Assembly: GCA_951406725.2 (NCBI GenBank)
Contig: OX597814.1
Span: forward strand, 56,296,001 to 56,360,000
Direction: 5' to 3'
DNA from: Octopus vulgaris
Lineage: Eukaryota
Length of the DNA stretch: 64,000 nucleotides
Shown: one piece after another, positions 14,477 through 26,677 of the stretch
Position numbering within the stretch: the first letter of the stretch is position 1
Layout of the letters: each line of letters opens with the position of its first letter
Translations under genes and position numbers: made by a program
Notes under the pieces: model-generated
The model's database searches: none
Told to the model about the DNA's origin: nothing
The model's input: only the letters and a program-made list of their open reading frames with translations

Positions 14477-14969
14477 TCTATATATATAAAACTCTAGTTG
14501 TGTGAGTGTCTGTCCCCTTCGATTTAGATTCCTAACTCCTCCCACATTTTGCGGTGCAGTTTAACCAAATTCGGGTATCTTATAGTCGTGATTCATATCG
14601 AGCCCGTCTGACTATTAGCGCGCGTCAACGATGAGTCTACGATTTTTAAAATAATTTAACATCATTTTTTATTCCATTTTAATGCATAAAATGCATCGTG
14701 TGTCGATGGCGGCGGAGTTGGCGTCCACGCTCACAGCTGCACCTGTTTGCTTCTCCCCCTTCCCTCCCTCGTGAAGCTGTGGGGAAGGGAGTGTAAAGAA
14801 ATCAACGTCGTAATGCGTTGTGAAGGAGACCAGCGTTCTTTTAGAACAACGACTTAATGGCTTGAAGACACCAAAACGAAAATGGCTAAGAAAGCCCGAA
14901 TTGGCATCTAAAAATGCTTATATAGTTATTTCGCTTACAAACCCGAGCAACGCCGGGCGATACTGCTAG
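14477..14969 (+). mobile_element. Non-autonomous Helitron
   Basis: Starts with TC after an A and ends with CTAG before a T. Subterminal hairpin CCCG-agcaacgc-CGGG at 14942-14957. No TSD. CpG-rich compared with its flanks. Confidence 0.8.
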
Positions 14970-15786
14970 TAGATAATAAATATATTTTACTTTTGAAATA
15001 GGAATACGTATTGATAAACACATCACTTATAAGTGTTATCATTATACGTAAATCCTGACTCCAGCTACATAAACACCATAGCGAGAAATATATACTCTGA
15101 AATACTAACAGACATCTTATAGGTGCATGTATGTTGAAGATAAATAAATTTGTGTTCTTTTAACCGCTATAAAAAAATACACAGTTTCATAATTGCAGAA
15201 ATAAACATTAACAAGTTGAAGAATCTGAAGAAAGAGAAAATAATTACTACATTATTTTATTTATGTACATTTAGCATTTATAGTACAATTGGAAAGTAAA
15301 GTCATTTTGTCGTAGAGAATTACGACTTAAAATTCACATTAGCTAATCTTTCATACTAACTACTAGAGTTCACAACAATTCAAATAAGTCTTGTTGGATA
15401 AAAAATAGCCAATATCTCAATGAGTGAGTGCCATAGAGTTTAGTAACATCCTATGAACACTGATTAATTTTCCCAAAATCAGGGTTTTTATTACTGCTTA
15501 TACCTGAATTCTAAGAACCATATTTTGTGAAAGAATTCCCTTTGATGAAAGTTTAGAATCCAAATATGGGCAGTAATTTTAACCAATGGGATTACCAACA
15601 ATTAAGCTTGTTCGGGCAAATGACCATTATGTCATATTGCCGCCTTCTATGTCTTGCTACAATATAAACAAACTATGTGTAGCTTTTTTTCTTTCATTTA
15701 TTTCTTATTGTTGTGACTACCCCACTTTTTAAAAAAATCTTGCTGTATCCTGGGCTACTTTGTCCACTATTTTCTTCCATTTTTAA

Positions 15787-16002
15787 CCCTTAAGCATTTA
15801 AACCAGCCATATCTAGCCAAAATATTCTACCTGTTTTATGTTGAAACCAGCCAGATTTGGCCTCTCACGCCTACCCTACAATGTCATTCTAAGAATATAC
15901 AGTCACATCATCAAAATCTCAAAGCTACAAGATAATGCCGGGTTACTTCAAATCAATGTGAATAACTATTACATTTGATAAAGTAATCTGAATGCTAGAG
16001 GA
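15787..16002. mobile_element. piggyBac-type MITE (family A)
   Basis: TTAA at 15783-15786 and 16003-16006. CCCTTAAGCATT...AATGCTAGAGGA termini. Homologous to 3560-3775. Confidence 0.7.
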
Positions 16003-16949
16003 TTAAGATAGAAATGTGTGATATGAGGAAGAATTTTATTTTCCTGCCATCCAGAAGCTTCTTAATTGCTTCAAAGAATTGATACTAAGTGAGTGATGCA
16101 AATTTTATCAGTTAATTTGCTAGATCTTAATTAGCATTATATAACCCCAATTATCATTATTCTTCTTTACAAAAACATTTGAACCAGAATTACACCATCT
16201 CTAAGGCAGCGAGCTGGCAGAAACATTAGTGTGCCAGGTGAAATGCTTAGCCATATTTCATCGGTTTTGACATTCTGAGTTCAAATTCCACTGAGGTCGA
16301 CTTTGCCTTTCATCCTTTCGGGGTTGATAAATTAAGTACCTGTTGTGTACTGGGGTTGATCTAATCGACTAGCCCCCTCCCCAAAAAATTTCAGACCTTG
16401 TGCCTAGAGTAGAAAAGAATTACACCATCTCTCTCTTTCATCTGTACGATAGTTAGGTAGGGAGTAAAACAATGACTAGTTATCAATGGTATTGTTTAAC
16501 CCCAGGTTAGCCCTAATTAAGCAGACCTATAAAGAAAGGTGTTCCAGTGATAATCATCCCATTTTTTGTTCCAGTGTATCTAGGATTACATTATTCAATG
16601 TACCCTCCCCCCTTTTTTTGTAAAACAGTACAATCTACTGTGATTGAGTCAACCAACTCCACATCCTCTGCAAATTCACGCCTCAATTGAACAAAAATTA
16701 TAGAAAAAAGCCAAAAATACTGATCTTTTGTTTCTCACTCTTCATTCCACCTTAATGAATGACCATCGCAACACACTTTCATTAAAACTACCATCACCAT
16801 CACCACCATCAAACACATTCATATAAAGACACATGGCCTCAGACCATGTGTCTGTTTATAATAAATCTGTATTTTTTGAATGGATATCAATGTAAATTTC
16901 TTATGTTTTTCTTCATATTTTAATGTACTTATCTTTTCTTCACTTCTAG

Positions 16950-17009
16950 TTTTGGCAATCCGTATCATGATGAATATTCAATCCTTGCTCCTTTGTATCA
17001 ATGTTGCAA
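16950..17009 (+). CDS. FAM20B: FAM20B-like 60-nt exon (not shown in this frame by the ORF track)
   Basis: Acceptor ...ttttcttcacttctAG ending at 16949; GTAAGA donor at 17010. AG+T makes S, then FGNPYHDEYSILAPLYQCC, matching the FAM20B motif KSFGNPxxDExSILAPLYQCC. Phase 2 to phase 2. Confidence 0.93.
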
Positions 17010-17050
17010 GTAAGATTTCTTCTTTCTTTTTTTTTCAGTCATTCTCTTTA

Positions 17051-17053
<3 letters not shown>

Positions 17054-17121
<68 letters not shown>
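17054..17121. repeat. (TTA)n microsatellite just downstream of the 60-nt exon
   Basis: Direct inspection. It explains the poly-Leu ORF at 16880-17164. Confidence 0.9.
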
Positions 17122-17467
17122 GAAGACATCACACTGTGTCCAATACTGTGATGTTGTAGATTGAAGATATTGTGGTGTTTATCAGGAGTTTGTACTGTCC
17201 GTCAAGTCCCAACAATTATTATTATTATTGATCTGGCAGAATCATTAGCATGCTGGGAAAAATGCTTAGCAGCATTTCATCTGTCTTTACATTCTAAGTT
17301 CAAATTCCACTGAGGTCGACTTTGCCTTTTATCCTTTCAGGGTTGATAAATTAAGAATCAGTGAAACACTGAAGTTGAAATAATTGACTGGTCTCCGCTC
17401 CCAATATTTCAGGTCTTGTGCCTTTAGTAGAAAGGATTATTATTATCATTACTATTATTATTATTGC

Positions 17468-17512
<45 letters not shown>

Positions 17513-18967
17513 CATTATTATTATTATTATTAAAGTGGTGATCTGGTGTTGATTAAATAAGTGCCAGTCAAGTGCCAGGGTTGATGTAATCAACTTGTAC
17601 CCCATCCCACTCAAAATTGCATGCTTTGCAACAAAATTAGAAAGAATTTTTCTTTTTATCATCATTACCAGCAGCAGTAGTAGTAGTCGATGGCATCATC
17701 ATCATTGTCAAAATCGTAATACCATTGGCTTCATCTTGTTGCAAAAGCAAGTTGGCTTATTTAAAATAAAATAGGTGTTCTAGGAATATTGCTGTAATTT
17801 TGTCTGAGGAGAAATTTAATTGAACAAACCTATGATCAAAGGTATTCCAGGCATGACCAGCCAGTTCTTTTAGGGATATGCTGGACTATATTTTTACTCA
17901 GGACTTACAACTGACAGATAGTTTCAGCAATAGAAAACAATAAAACCCAGTGGGGACATAGTTTCTTTGGTTTGATCAAAAGGCTGACTGCCTCAAGTTT
18001 ATATTATTCAATACTTGCTTCCCCTTTTTTATGAAAATAAGATGTAATTCGAAAGAATTTGGTTGCAATTTCTATCAGGTTGAGGGAGCAGATGCTTTCT
18101 CACATTGGCTTGATGAAATTAAAATTCAATAAAATATGTGAATCGGGAAGCTGAACTGATCATCACATGGGGAGAACTTGAAGTCTTTTTTTACAGGCTA
18201 AAAGTCTGAGATAATTGATCAGATTTATAATTCTATGAATATTTAACCTCATTTTTAGTGAAGGAAGATATTTCAATCTTGCATGTTCATTATAAGTGCA
18301 GGCAGAGTTGTATGATTAAGCAGCTCATCTCTGCAACTATATGGTGTCAGTTTCAGTCCCATTGCATAGCATTATGCAAAAGCATTCTCTACCATAGCCC
18401 CATGCCAACCAATGTCTTGTGAGTAAATGTGGTTGACAGAAACAGTGTGGAAGCCTATTTGTGTGTGTGTATACACACACATATATATTCTGTATACAGT
18501 CCTTTCAACTATAGGCACAAGGCCTGAAATTTTGGAGGAGGGGGTTAAGTCAATTACATTGACCCCAGTGTGTAACTGATACTTATTTCATCAACCCCGA
18601 AATAATGAAAGGCTGAGTTAACCTCGGCAGAATTTGAACTCAGAACGCAAAGACATACGAAATGCCACTAAGCATTTTGCCTGGTATGTTAACAATTCTT
18701 CCTGCTCAGCGCCTTATATTCTGAAAATAATAATATTTTATAAGCTTAAATCATTGTGTATTGACTAAAGAAAATAGTGTAATATTGGGGCATATAAGCC
18801 CTTGATGGTAAAAAGTGAGTTTTCTGCATACATGGTTGTAGCTGTGTGTTAAGAAGCTTGCTTCCCAATTACATGGCTCCAGGTTCAGTCTCACTGTGTG
18901 ACACCTTGGGTAAGTGTCATCTACTATAACCTTGGGCTGGTAGGTGGAAACTGGAAGAAACCTAATG

Positions 18968-19005
<38 letters not shown>

Positions 19006-19544
19006 CCCTTATATGGTATTTCAAGATGTACATATGCATGCTTTTTTGACCAGCAATTAACGGAGAATCGAGGGCGATGTTTTAATTAGATATACAGAGA
19101 AGGAATAACGAGTAAATAATAATACGAAGGAAAGGAACTGAATACTAACAAGGATACACTTGTAAGCTTCAGTTTTGAATTTGATTTGGTGAGTGAAAGG
19201 AATAAATTAGAAAATGAAATCATTATAAAATGATCACAAAGAAGAAAACTAAAGGTACTAATTTTAAATATTAAAATATTTAATTATTATCCACTGATGA
19301 GTTCCAAATGACTTAATATAATAATGTGTATTACTTTTGTTGAAATACCTATTCTTCAATTGTATACCCGAAATATGATCTTTTGCAACAGAAAATGCTG
19401 GTTAAATTAAATAAATAATCCATATTAGCATCAAAACCTGTTCCATTTATTTGATGACATTCATTGGACTGTGTCTAGTAAATTGAACTGTGGGGTGTCT
19501 ACTGATTTGAGGTCACATATTCAGTTCTCACACATGGTATAGTA

Positions 19545-22468
19545 CAGGGGTGGGCAAACTACGGTCCGCGGGCCGCATGCGGCCCGCCATAGGTTTTCAT
19601 GTGGCCCGCCGAGAGCTTTTATGAATCCTAACTTCTATGCAGATACTTCGTAACTGTTTCAGTTGTACGGTAATTCACAATAGTTTGCATTTTATTTCAG
19701 TTCACTGTTTCGCGCCTTCACAAAATTGTCCGCTGTTTGTTTGTTTCAGCTACTGTGAAGCGATGAAAAATTTCGAGAAATATTCTCATGACATCATAAT
19801 AAAACACATTTCCGGGTGAAGATATCTTTTCTGTGTTTTCTCGTCAGACCCTACAAACACAAAAATTAATAGAACAATGAAACAAGTATTGTGGCAATAC
19901 AACGAGTCAATCGATATGCTTGAAACATTCAAATAAATAAATCACGTGATAGATGGTGAAGAGGGCATGATGGACGATGCATTTCGTTCCAATGAAGAAG
20001 CCGGCCAGGTTAATAAAAGGGCTTGAACCAGCTTTTTCTGGACACAGAGCTGTGGTTGGTTATCATTCACTCTATCGATTATTTGAATTTAGTACAGACA
20101 TGAGTGTTTCAAACTAGCTATTGTTGTTTGATAAAATTTACCCAAAATGAGTTGTTCGAAGCTATCTAAAAAGCGAAAAATTGAAGAGGAATGTCTTGTT
20201 TTTAATGAAAATTGGACTAAAAAATATTTCTTTACCGATGTTGGAGTGAAAGCTGCATGTTTGATTTGTTCTGAAACAGTTGCTGTGTTCGAGGAATATA
20301 ATTTGAAATGCCACTTTCAAACGAAGCACGCCAATTTTGGACACAATTTATCAAAACAAGAACTGCAAAAGAAAGCAAATGATCTGACAAAACGTTTGAA
20401 GCAACAGCAAAATGTGTTTGATAAAACTTCCTCTTTACAAAGGAACGCGACAAAGGCAAGTTTTATATTGGCCAACAAAATTGCAAAGCAAAACAAGTCA
20501 TTCGCAGAAGCAGAATTTATCAAAGATTGTATGATTGATGCTGTCAGCGTTGTGTGTCTTGAAGTTAAGTCAAAAGTAGAAGCCATTTCCCTGTCACGAA
20601 GAACTATTGTTCATCGCATTGATGCAATTGCCGTGAATATTCATGAACAGCTGTTAACAGCCAGTGGTCAATTTCAGTGGTTTTCTATTGCTTTAGATGA
20701 GAGTACTGATATTCAGGATACTGCTCAGTTACTCATTTACATCAGAGGAATTGACGAAAACTTTGAAATTACAGAGGAATTGTTATCTATGGAGTCTCTC
20801 AAAGATACTACGACTGGAAAAGATTTGTTCAACAGTGTCATTAACAGTTCAATCAGGTCTGGATTAACCCTAAATAAACTGGCCAGCATTACAACCGATG
20901 GAGCTCCTTCACTCACCGGTAAACATTCCGGCCTTGTGAAGTTGTTGAATGACAAAATCAAAGAAGATTTTCCACTACACAGTGTGTTGTCTTTTCACTG
21001 CATCATACATCAAGAAAGCCTTTGTAAGTCATCTTTAAAACTCAAACATGTCATCAAACCTGTGGTGCGTGCAGTGAATTTAATAAGATCACGGGGATTG
21101 AAACACAGGCAATTCCGAAGTTTCTTGGAGGATGTGGAGGCTGATTTTACTGATGTGCTGTACTACACAAATGTCCACTGGTTAAGCATTGGAAAAGTTC
21201 TTAAGAGAGTATGGGACCTCAAAGCAGAGATTCTTATGTTTCTCAAAATGCAAGACATCTCCTGTGACTTTTTAAACGAAATGGAGAGTGACGAATGGGT
21301 TTGTGATTTTGCATTTGCTGTGGACATAATGCAGAAGCTGAATGAACTTAACACAAAATTGCAAGGCAAAGGTATATTTGCTCATGAATTGTACCTGGAA
21401 GTGAAAGCTTTTCAATGGAAGCTTGGACTTTTTGCCAAGCAGCTGAATGAGCAAAAATTTATTCACTTCCCTCTGCTGAAAACACAGTCTGTTACACAAG
21501 AATCATCGGACAAGTACAGTTCCCAGTTGATGGCTTTACAAAAGGATTTCATTAGAAGATTTGCTGATTTCAAGGCAGTTAAAGGCCTGTTCGATTTGCT
21601 TAACTCACCTCTTGCCTGTGACATTGAAACAACTACCGAGGAACTGCAGATAGAACTGATTCATTTGCAAGCCGACAATTCTTTAAAGATGATGTTTGAA
21701 AGTAAACCACTGGTCGAGTTTTATGCTTCTCTACATTCAAAAAAGTTTCAAAATCTAAAAAAATTTGCAAGAAAGATGTTTGTGTTGTTTGCATCAACTT
21801 ACATATGTGAGCAGACTTTCTCCATCATGAAAATTAACAAGGGGAAGAATCGATCACTTCTCACAGACTCAAATCTTCAGTCAGTGTTAAGAATCAGCAC
21901 AAGCAACTTGACACCTAATTTTGACAAACTGGTAAATGACAGTAGTCAGCTGCATCATTCTCATTGACATTGTTATTTACAGAGCCGGTTTGTTTTTCAA
22001 ATAAATGCTTCAGGTGACGTTTCTAATTTCAGATATCAATTCATATTAATAAACTGTTATTTCTCTTTAAAATCTTTTATATTGGGTATCCTAGAATTTA
22101 AGTATAATATTCATCATGGTTGTCCATAATATTAAGAGGTGGTTGTCCACAATTAGTGCAGATTTTACTAGGAAAATTCCGTTCCTGGCAATTTGTAAGC
22201 AATAACAGGCTGTCCAAAATAACCGAGGTTCCTGTAATAAGTTCAACTATAGGAGCAAATAACCGAAAAACATGAACCCGATACTCTAAAAAATAAATTA
22301 AATCACTTAAACCAGGAATATTTCACAAAATTTCCTTTCAATCAATTGTGTGTTTATAGGTCTATAACCGCCTTTAAAGATATTTTCACTTGATTCTTAT
22401 AAATGAGGCCCGCCAAGGTTCCAAAGATGCACTGTGCAGCCCGCGATCAAAAAGTTCGCCCACCCCTG
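19545..22468 (+). mobile_element. Full-length hAT DNA transposon (Charlie/Buster-type) in the last FAM20B intron
   Basis: 16-bp TIRs: CAGGGGTGGGCAAACT (19545-19560) and AGTTCGCCCACCCCTG (22453-22468), one mismatch. Perfect 8-bp TSD GTATAGTA at 19537-19544 and 22469-22476. Subterminal GGCCCGC repeats. Internal transposase ORF. Confidence 0.96.
20147..21967 (+). CDS. hAT transposase, 606 aa (GTF2IRD2/EPM2AIP1-like family)
   Basis: Uninterrupted ORF with BED-like CLIC...H...H, LDESTD (first D), TTDGAP (second D), HCIIHQE (CxxH), HWLS (at the RW motif position), STYICEQTFS (catalytic E) and a C-terminal hAT dimerisation region. Confidence 0.93.
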   Translation: MSCSKLSKKRKIEEECLVFNENWTKKYFFTDVGVKAACLICSETVAVFEEYNLKCHFQTKHANFGHNLSKQELQKKANDLTKRLKQQQNVFDKTSSLQRNATKASFILANKIAKQNKSFAEAEFIKDCMIDAVSVVCLEVKSKVEAISLSRRTIVHRIDAIAVNIHEQLLTASGQFQWFSIALDESTDIQDTAQLLIYIRGIDENFEITEELLSMESLKDTTTGKDLFNSVINSSIRSGLTLNKLASITTDGAPSLTGKHSGLVKLLNDKIKEDFPLHSVLSFHCIIHQESLCKSSLKLKHVIKPVVRAVNLIRSRGLKHRQFRSFLEDVEADFTDVLYYTNVHWLSIGKVLKRVWDLKAEILMFLKMQDISCDFLNEMESDEWVCDFAFAVDIMQKLNELNTKLQGKGIFAHELYLEVKAFQWKLGLFAKQLNEQKFIHFPLLKTQSVTQESSDKYSSQLMALQKDFIRRFADFKAVKGLFDLLNSPLACDIETTTEELQIELIHLQADNSLKMMFESKPLVEFYASLHSKKFQNLKKFARKMFVLFASTYICEQTFSIMKINKGKNRSLLTDSNLQSVLRISTSNLTPNFDKLVNDSSQLHHSH

Positions 22469-23082
22469 GTATAGTATGTATATATATATATGTTAGAAGG
22501 TTTGGAGATGATGTACAGGTATTATATATTAGAAGAAATAAGGTACTCCGAAATCTCAGTATATATATATAGGTGCAGGCGTGGCTGTATGGTAAGAAAC
22601 TTGCTTCCCAATCACATGGTTCTAGATTTAGTCCCACTGTGTGACACCTTGGGCAAGTGTCTCCTACTATAACCTCGGGCTGACCAAAGCCTTGTGAGTG
22701 GATTTGGTAGATAGAAACTGAAAGAAGCCTGTTGTGTATGTATTAGTATCAACACTATTCTATGTTTCGTGTGTCTATATCTTTATCAACTCTCTTTTAT
22801 GTTTAATTTATATCGTATTTCAACAGAAATGTGCTTAATATAAATCTCATATTTATTTTTTTATCTTCTCTTTTACTTGCTTCAGTCATCAGACTGCAAC
22901 CTTGATAGGAATTCTTAATTGAATGAATCGATTCCACTACTTCAAAAAGAAAGAACACTTTTGCCCAATATAGTTATTGGTATAGATGGTATAAGACAGG
23001 ATGAAATACATTTTATCATGGGATCTTTTAAATTCAGACAGATCTAGGGCTCAACAAAAAAAAGAAACCACTATATGATAGT

Positions 23083-23445
23083 GAAGACACATGGCTCAAT
23101 GGTTAGAGTATCAGGCTCACAATCATGAGGTAGTGAGTTTGATTCCTGGACTGGGCTGTGTGTTGTGTTCTTGAGCAAGACTTTATTTCATATTGCTCCA
23201 ATACATTCAGCTGTAGAAATGAGTTGCGACGTCACTGGTGCCAAGCTGTATCAGCCTTTGCCTTTCATCTTGAATAATATCAGTGGCATGGAGAGAGGAG
23301 GCTGGTATGCATGGGTAACTGCTGGTCTTCCATAAACAACTTTGCCTGGATTTGTACCTTGGAGGGTAACTCTTTAGGTGTAACTTTTCTAGTTGTAACT
23401 TTCTAGGTGCAAACCCATGGTCATTTTTGACTGAAGGGGTCCTTA
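23083..23445 (+). mobile_element. tRNA-derived SINE (third family)
   Basis: TGGCTCAATGGTTAGAG A-box and GAGTTTGATTCC B-box. Homologous copy near 36816-37135. Confidence 0.7.
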
Positions 23446-23721
23446 TTAGCCAATATGTATACGTATGCATGCATATAGTTTTAATTCAATGGAGAGTTAG
23501 TTGAAGAATTTGATAAGTAAAATGCCTTTAAGAGGAACAAATATATTGTTTGAGAATTTGCTCTTCATCTCAGAGTGGGGAAGAGAGGAAACAGTGTTGT
23601 CATTTTGGCTTTTAATGGGATTCTTAATTTTTGATTGCTGTAAAATGTGTTTCCTTTTATTTACTTATGTTATTATTTATTCTATTTATTTATTTATTTA
23701 TTGCATTCTTTTTCTCTTCAG

Positions 23722-23965
23722 AATCCGACAGTCTACTTATGATCAATTGAAAATGTTGAAAAATGGTATTTTGTCCAAAGTTTTAGAAGCTGTCCTCTTA
23801 TTTGATCCAATCTCCCCTATTTTGAACAAGTTCCATTTACGTTCTATTGACAGACGCCTGCATCAGCTCTTAACAACTATTGATAATTGTGTGAAAGAAC
23901 AAGGCATGCCTAATGTAATTATTAGTGATGAAAAACTCATTCCGGAGAAGCATGTTGAAACATGA
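23722..23965 (+). CDS. FAM20B: FAM20B-like terminal coding exon
   Basis: Long pyrimidine tract and CAG ending at 23721. AA+A makes K, then IRQSTYDQLKMLKNGILSKVLEAVLLFDPISPILNKFHLRSIDRRLHQLLTTIDNCVKEQGMPNVIISDEKLIPEKHVET, stop TGA at 23963-23965. Matches the FAM20B C-terminus (IRxST...LKNG.L...DPISP.L...HL..ID.RL). Confidence 0.93.
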
Positions 23966-25051
23966 AAAAAATGGACCATCACTTGCAGTGACTAGCAATC
24001 AACAAGAATTGTGACTGGAATAAAGATCGAAAAGGTGTATGTTATTGTGCCATGAGATGATGTAGAGTTTCATGTTTTGGATTTTCATCCCATCTCCCCT
24101 CTTCCTACCACTTGTCATGGGGGTCCCTGTAGAGGAATTTATGTGTATAATCCTTCTTCCACTGACTAAACCATTAAAAAAAAAATTTAACCTTTACTTT
24201 CTACACTGCTTCATTAGCAGTTTCTGCTCCTTCAAAGTAGTAAGTTGTGTACCACCTCCATGATTCTCCATCTTATGAACCCATTTCTCCTTGTCTTCCC
24301 TCTTATATCTCACTACCTCTTCCCCAGAACTGCAGGCAGCCCTCATAAATTCCCTACCATCTAACTATTTCTTGCTCACATTTTCCTCATGGGTGTCCTC
24401 CTATGGAAGTTCAAGTTAAACATCAATCAACCACATCTACTTCACAACCATTAAGCAAGTTTCTACATGGTCATTTGATCTGCTAGAAATACCAGCCAAG
24501 TCTACATATCACACACAATCATTTTAAAATGGCAGGACACAATGAATAATGTTAATTCAAAATACACTGTCTGAAGAAAAAATGTGATGGTCAAGACTGG
24601 AATGACTTTGATCATAGTTCTGCTTAGTTAAGACAAAACAACATCAACCTCACCTGTCGGGGAGGTCTTGACTACCATCTTTCCTCCTGAGACTACTAAT
24701 ATGTATGGATGGATGGATGCATGCATAGATAGATAGACAGATATGTGTGTGTGTATATATGTATACACGCACATATATATCATCAGTAAAACATAAATCT
24801 GAAATAGAAGCATACTCTGAGTTATAGATCAGTAGAGTATATAGATAAAGATAGATATGGCTGGTCTATGAGGTCACCTTGGGTTTCACATCCATAAAGT
24901 GCTTAGCTTTACAGCATTTCTTCAGACCCTAAACCCCTTAGCTCATGGCTTGTCTAGCAAGTACCTGTGACCTCTCAAGGCCTCTCTAGCAAGTGCTAGA
25001 GACCACATAGGCCAACAGGTTTAGGGTCTGAAGAAATGCCGTAAAGCTAAA

Positions 25052-25366
25052 TGCTGAACCGAGTGAAATCGTAGTCGTGGTTGATGCCAGTGCTGCTTGA
25101 CTGGCACCCATGCTACCTGACTGGCACATAAACAGCACCACTCAAACAAGGCCAATGCCAGTGCCACCTACTGGCTCCCATGCCAGAGGCATGTAAAAAG
25201 CACTCACTACATTCTCGGAGTGGTTGGCATTAGGAAGGGCATCCAACAATAGAAACCTTGCCAAATCAGATTGGAGCCTGGTGCAGCCTCCCAGCCTGCC
25301 AGTTCTCAGTCAAACCACCCAGCCATGCTAGCATGTAAAGCCGATGTTAAATGATGATGATGATGA
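25052..25366 (+). mobile_element. SINE-like repeat with an RTE-type (GAT)n tail
   Basis: GGAGTGGTTGGCATTAGGAAGGGCATCC core ending GTTAAATGATGATGATG. Related minus-strand copies near 1-120, 596-830, 6077-6310, 9500-9680 and 12717-12930. Confidence 0.65.
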
Positions 25367-25490
25367 TTTACATACATACATACATACACACACACCTACA
25401 TATATATATGTAAGAAATCTAAATATTATTAAAAATAATATTACTATCCAGCAAGAATACAGTACCATAAAAGGTAGAATTATAAATATA

Positions 25491-25966
25491 CAAAACAGAT
25501 GTACATGAAGTACGATCATTGCTAGAAATAGCAGCTGGTAAGCTATTGGTAGAGTTTCACTGAATGTTTACAAGCAGAGATGTTTGTGGGCAGTGAATAT
25601 AAGAAAATTCTGTCTTACCTCTACAGAGATCATTAGAGGAATGAAGGATAACTCAATACTGCAGTTTCAACCTTTTCGGATCACATGCATGAGTGCGAAT
25701 CCAACTGGTTGTCTTCGGCTGAATCTACCATTGACAATGGAATTTTAAAATTCACGCTCATGCACATGATCTGGAAAGTTTGAAACTGTAGTATTGAATT
25801 ATCCTTCATTCCTCTATCAGTCTCTGTAGAGTTAAGGCAGAAGTTTCCTATAGTCACTGCCTGCAAACATTTCTGCCTCTAAACATTCAGTGAAGCTCTA
25901 CATAGCGCCAATAGCTTACCAGCTGCTATTTCTAGCAATGATCATACTTTGTGTACAACTGATTTG
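25491..25966. repeat. Inverted repeat of about 210 bp per arm (fold-back element)
   Basis: Arms near 25491-25700 and 25749-25966, for example GATCATTGCTAGAAATAGCAGCTGGTAAGCTATTGG versus CCAATAGCTTACCAGCTGCTATTTCTAGCAATGATC. Confidence 0.85.
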
Positions 25967-26677
25967 TGTGTATATCTCTCTATCTATCTATCTATCTATC
26001 TATCTATATATATATATATATATATATATACATACACACATGTATGTATGTATACATATATATCATCATCATCGTTCATCATTGGAAGGCAGATGTTAAA
26101 CAATGATGATTATATATATAGGGGGAAGAATTACGAAAATAAACAAAAGACGAAGGCAGGTGGAGTACAAACAAACAAATGTATTAGTATGGCACTCAGG
26201 AATAGAAATAGAACAAGTCTTTTACGTTTTGAGCCTACTCTCTTCGACAGAAAGATACACAGAAAAGAAACAAAGAGAGAAACAAGGAGAGAAAAAAAAT
26301 GCGAGTAGGAGCTAACGGTCTATCATGTGCCAATCAAGCAGCACTGGCATCAGCCACAACTACGATTTCACTCGGTTCAGCATATATATGTATGTATATA
26401 GATATGTATATAATATAAATGAAGTTAGATAAGCACGGTTTATGGGATTACCTAGCTTTACGGTGTATCATCAGATCCCCAAACCAGTTGGCTTAAGGCT
26501 TCTCTAGCAAGTGGTCTCTCTAGAATATGGAGGAGGAAAGGACCTTGCTACTCAATGCCATCAAAAGGGTCACTTGCGATCAATAGCCGAAGAGAGACAA
26601 TCCCCTATTGTTGACATTGAGTAGTGAGGTCGATTTCCTCCTCTATATTCTAGAGAGGCCTTAAGCCAACAGGTTTT

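Noticed and set aside
19291-19495. CCA-CTGATGA-GTTCCAAATG...CATTGGAC, a possible long-stem hammerhead
   Set aside because: No GAAA follows the putative stem II. At best it is a heavily decayed remnant.
20162-21499. Several minus-strand ORFs within the hAT element
   Set aside because: They are antisense shadows of the transposase ORF with no motifs.
23090-23160. tRNA-like A/B boxes considered as tRNA genes (also near 2747, 36816 and 61096)
   Set aside because: No complete cloverleaf, and each continues into a SINE body found in several copies.
23501-23721. N-terminal part of the 154-aa ORF 23501-23965
   Set aside because: It is intronic pyrimidine-rich sequence upstream of the acceptor at 23721. 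Only 23722 onward resembles FAM20B.
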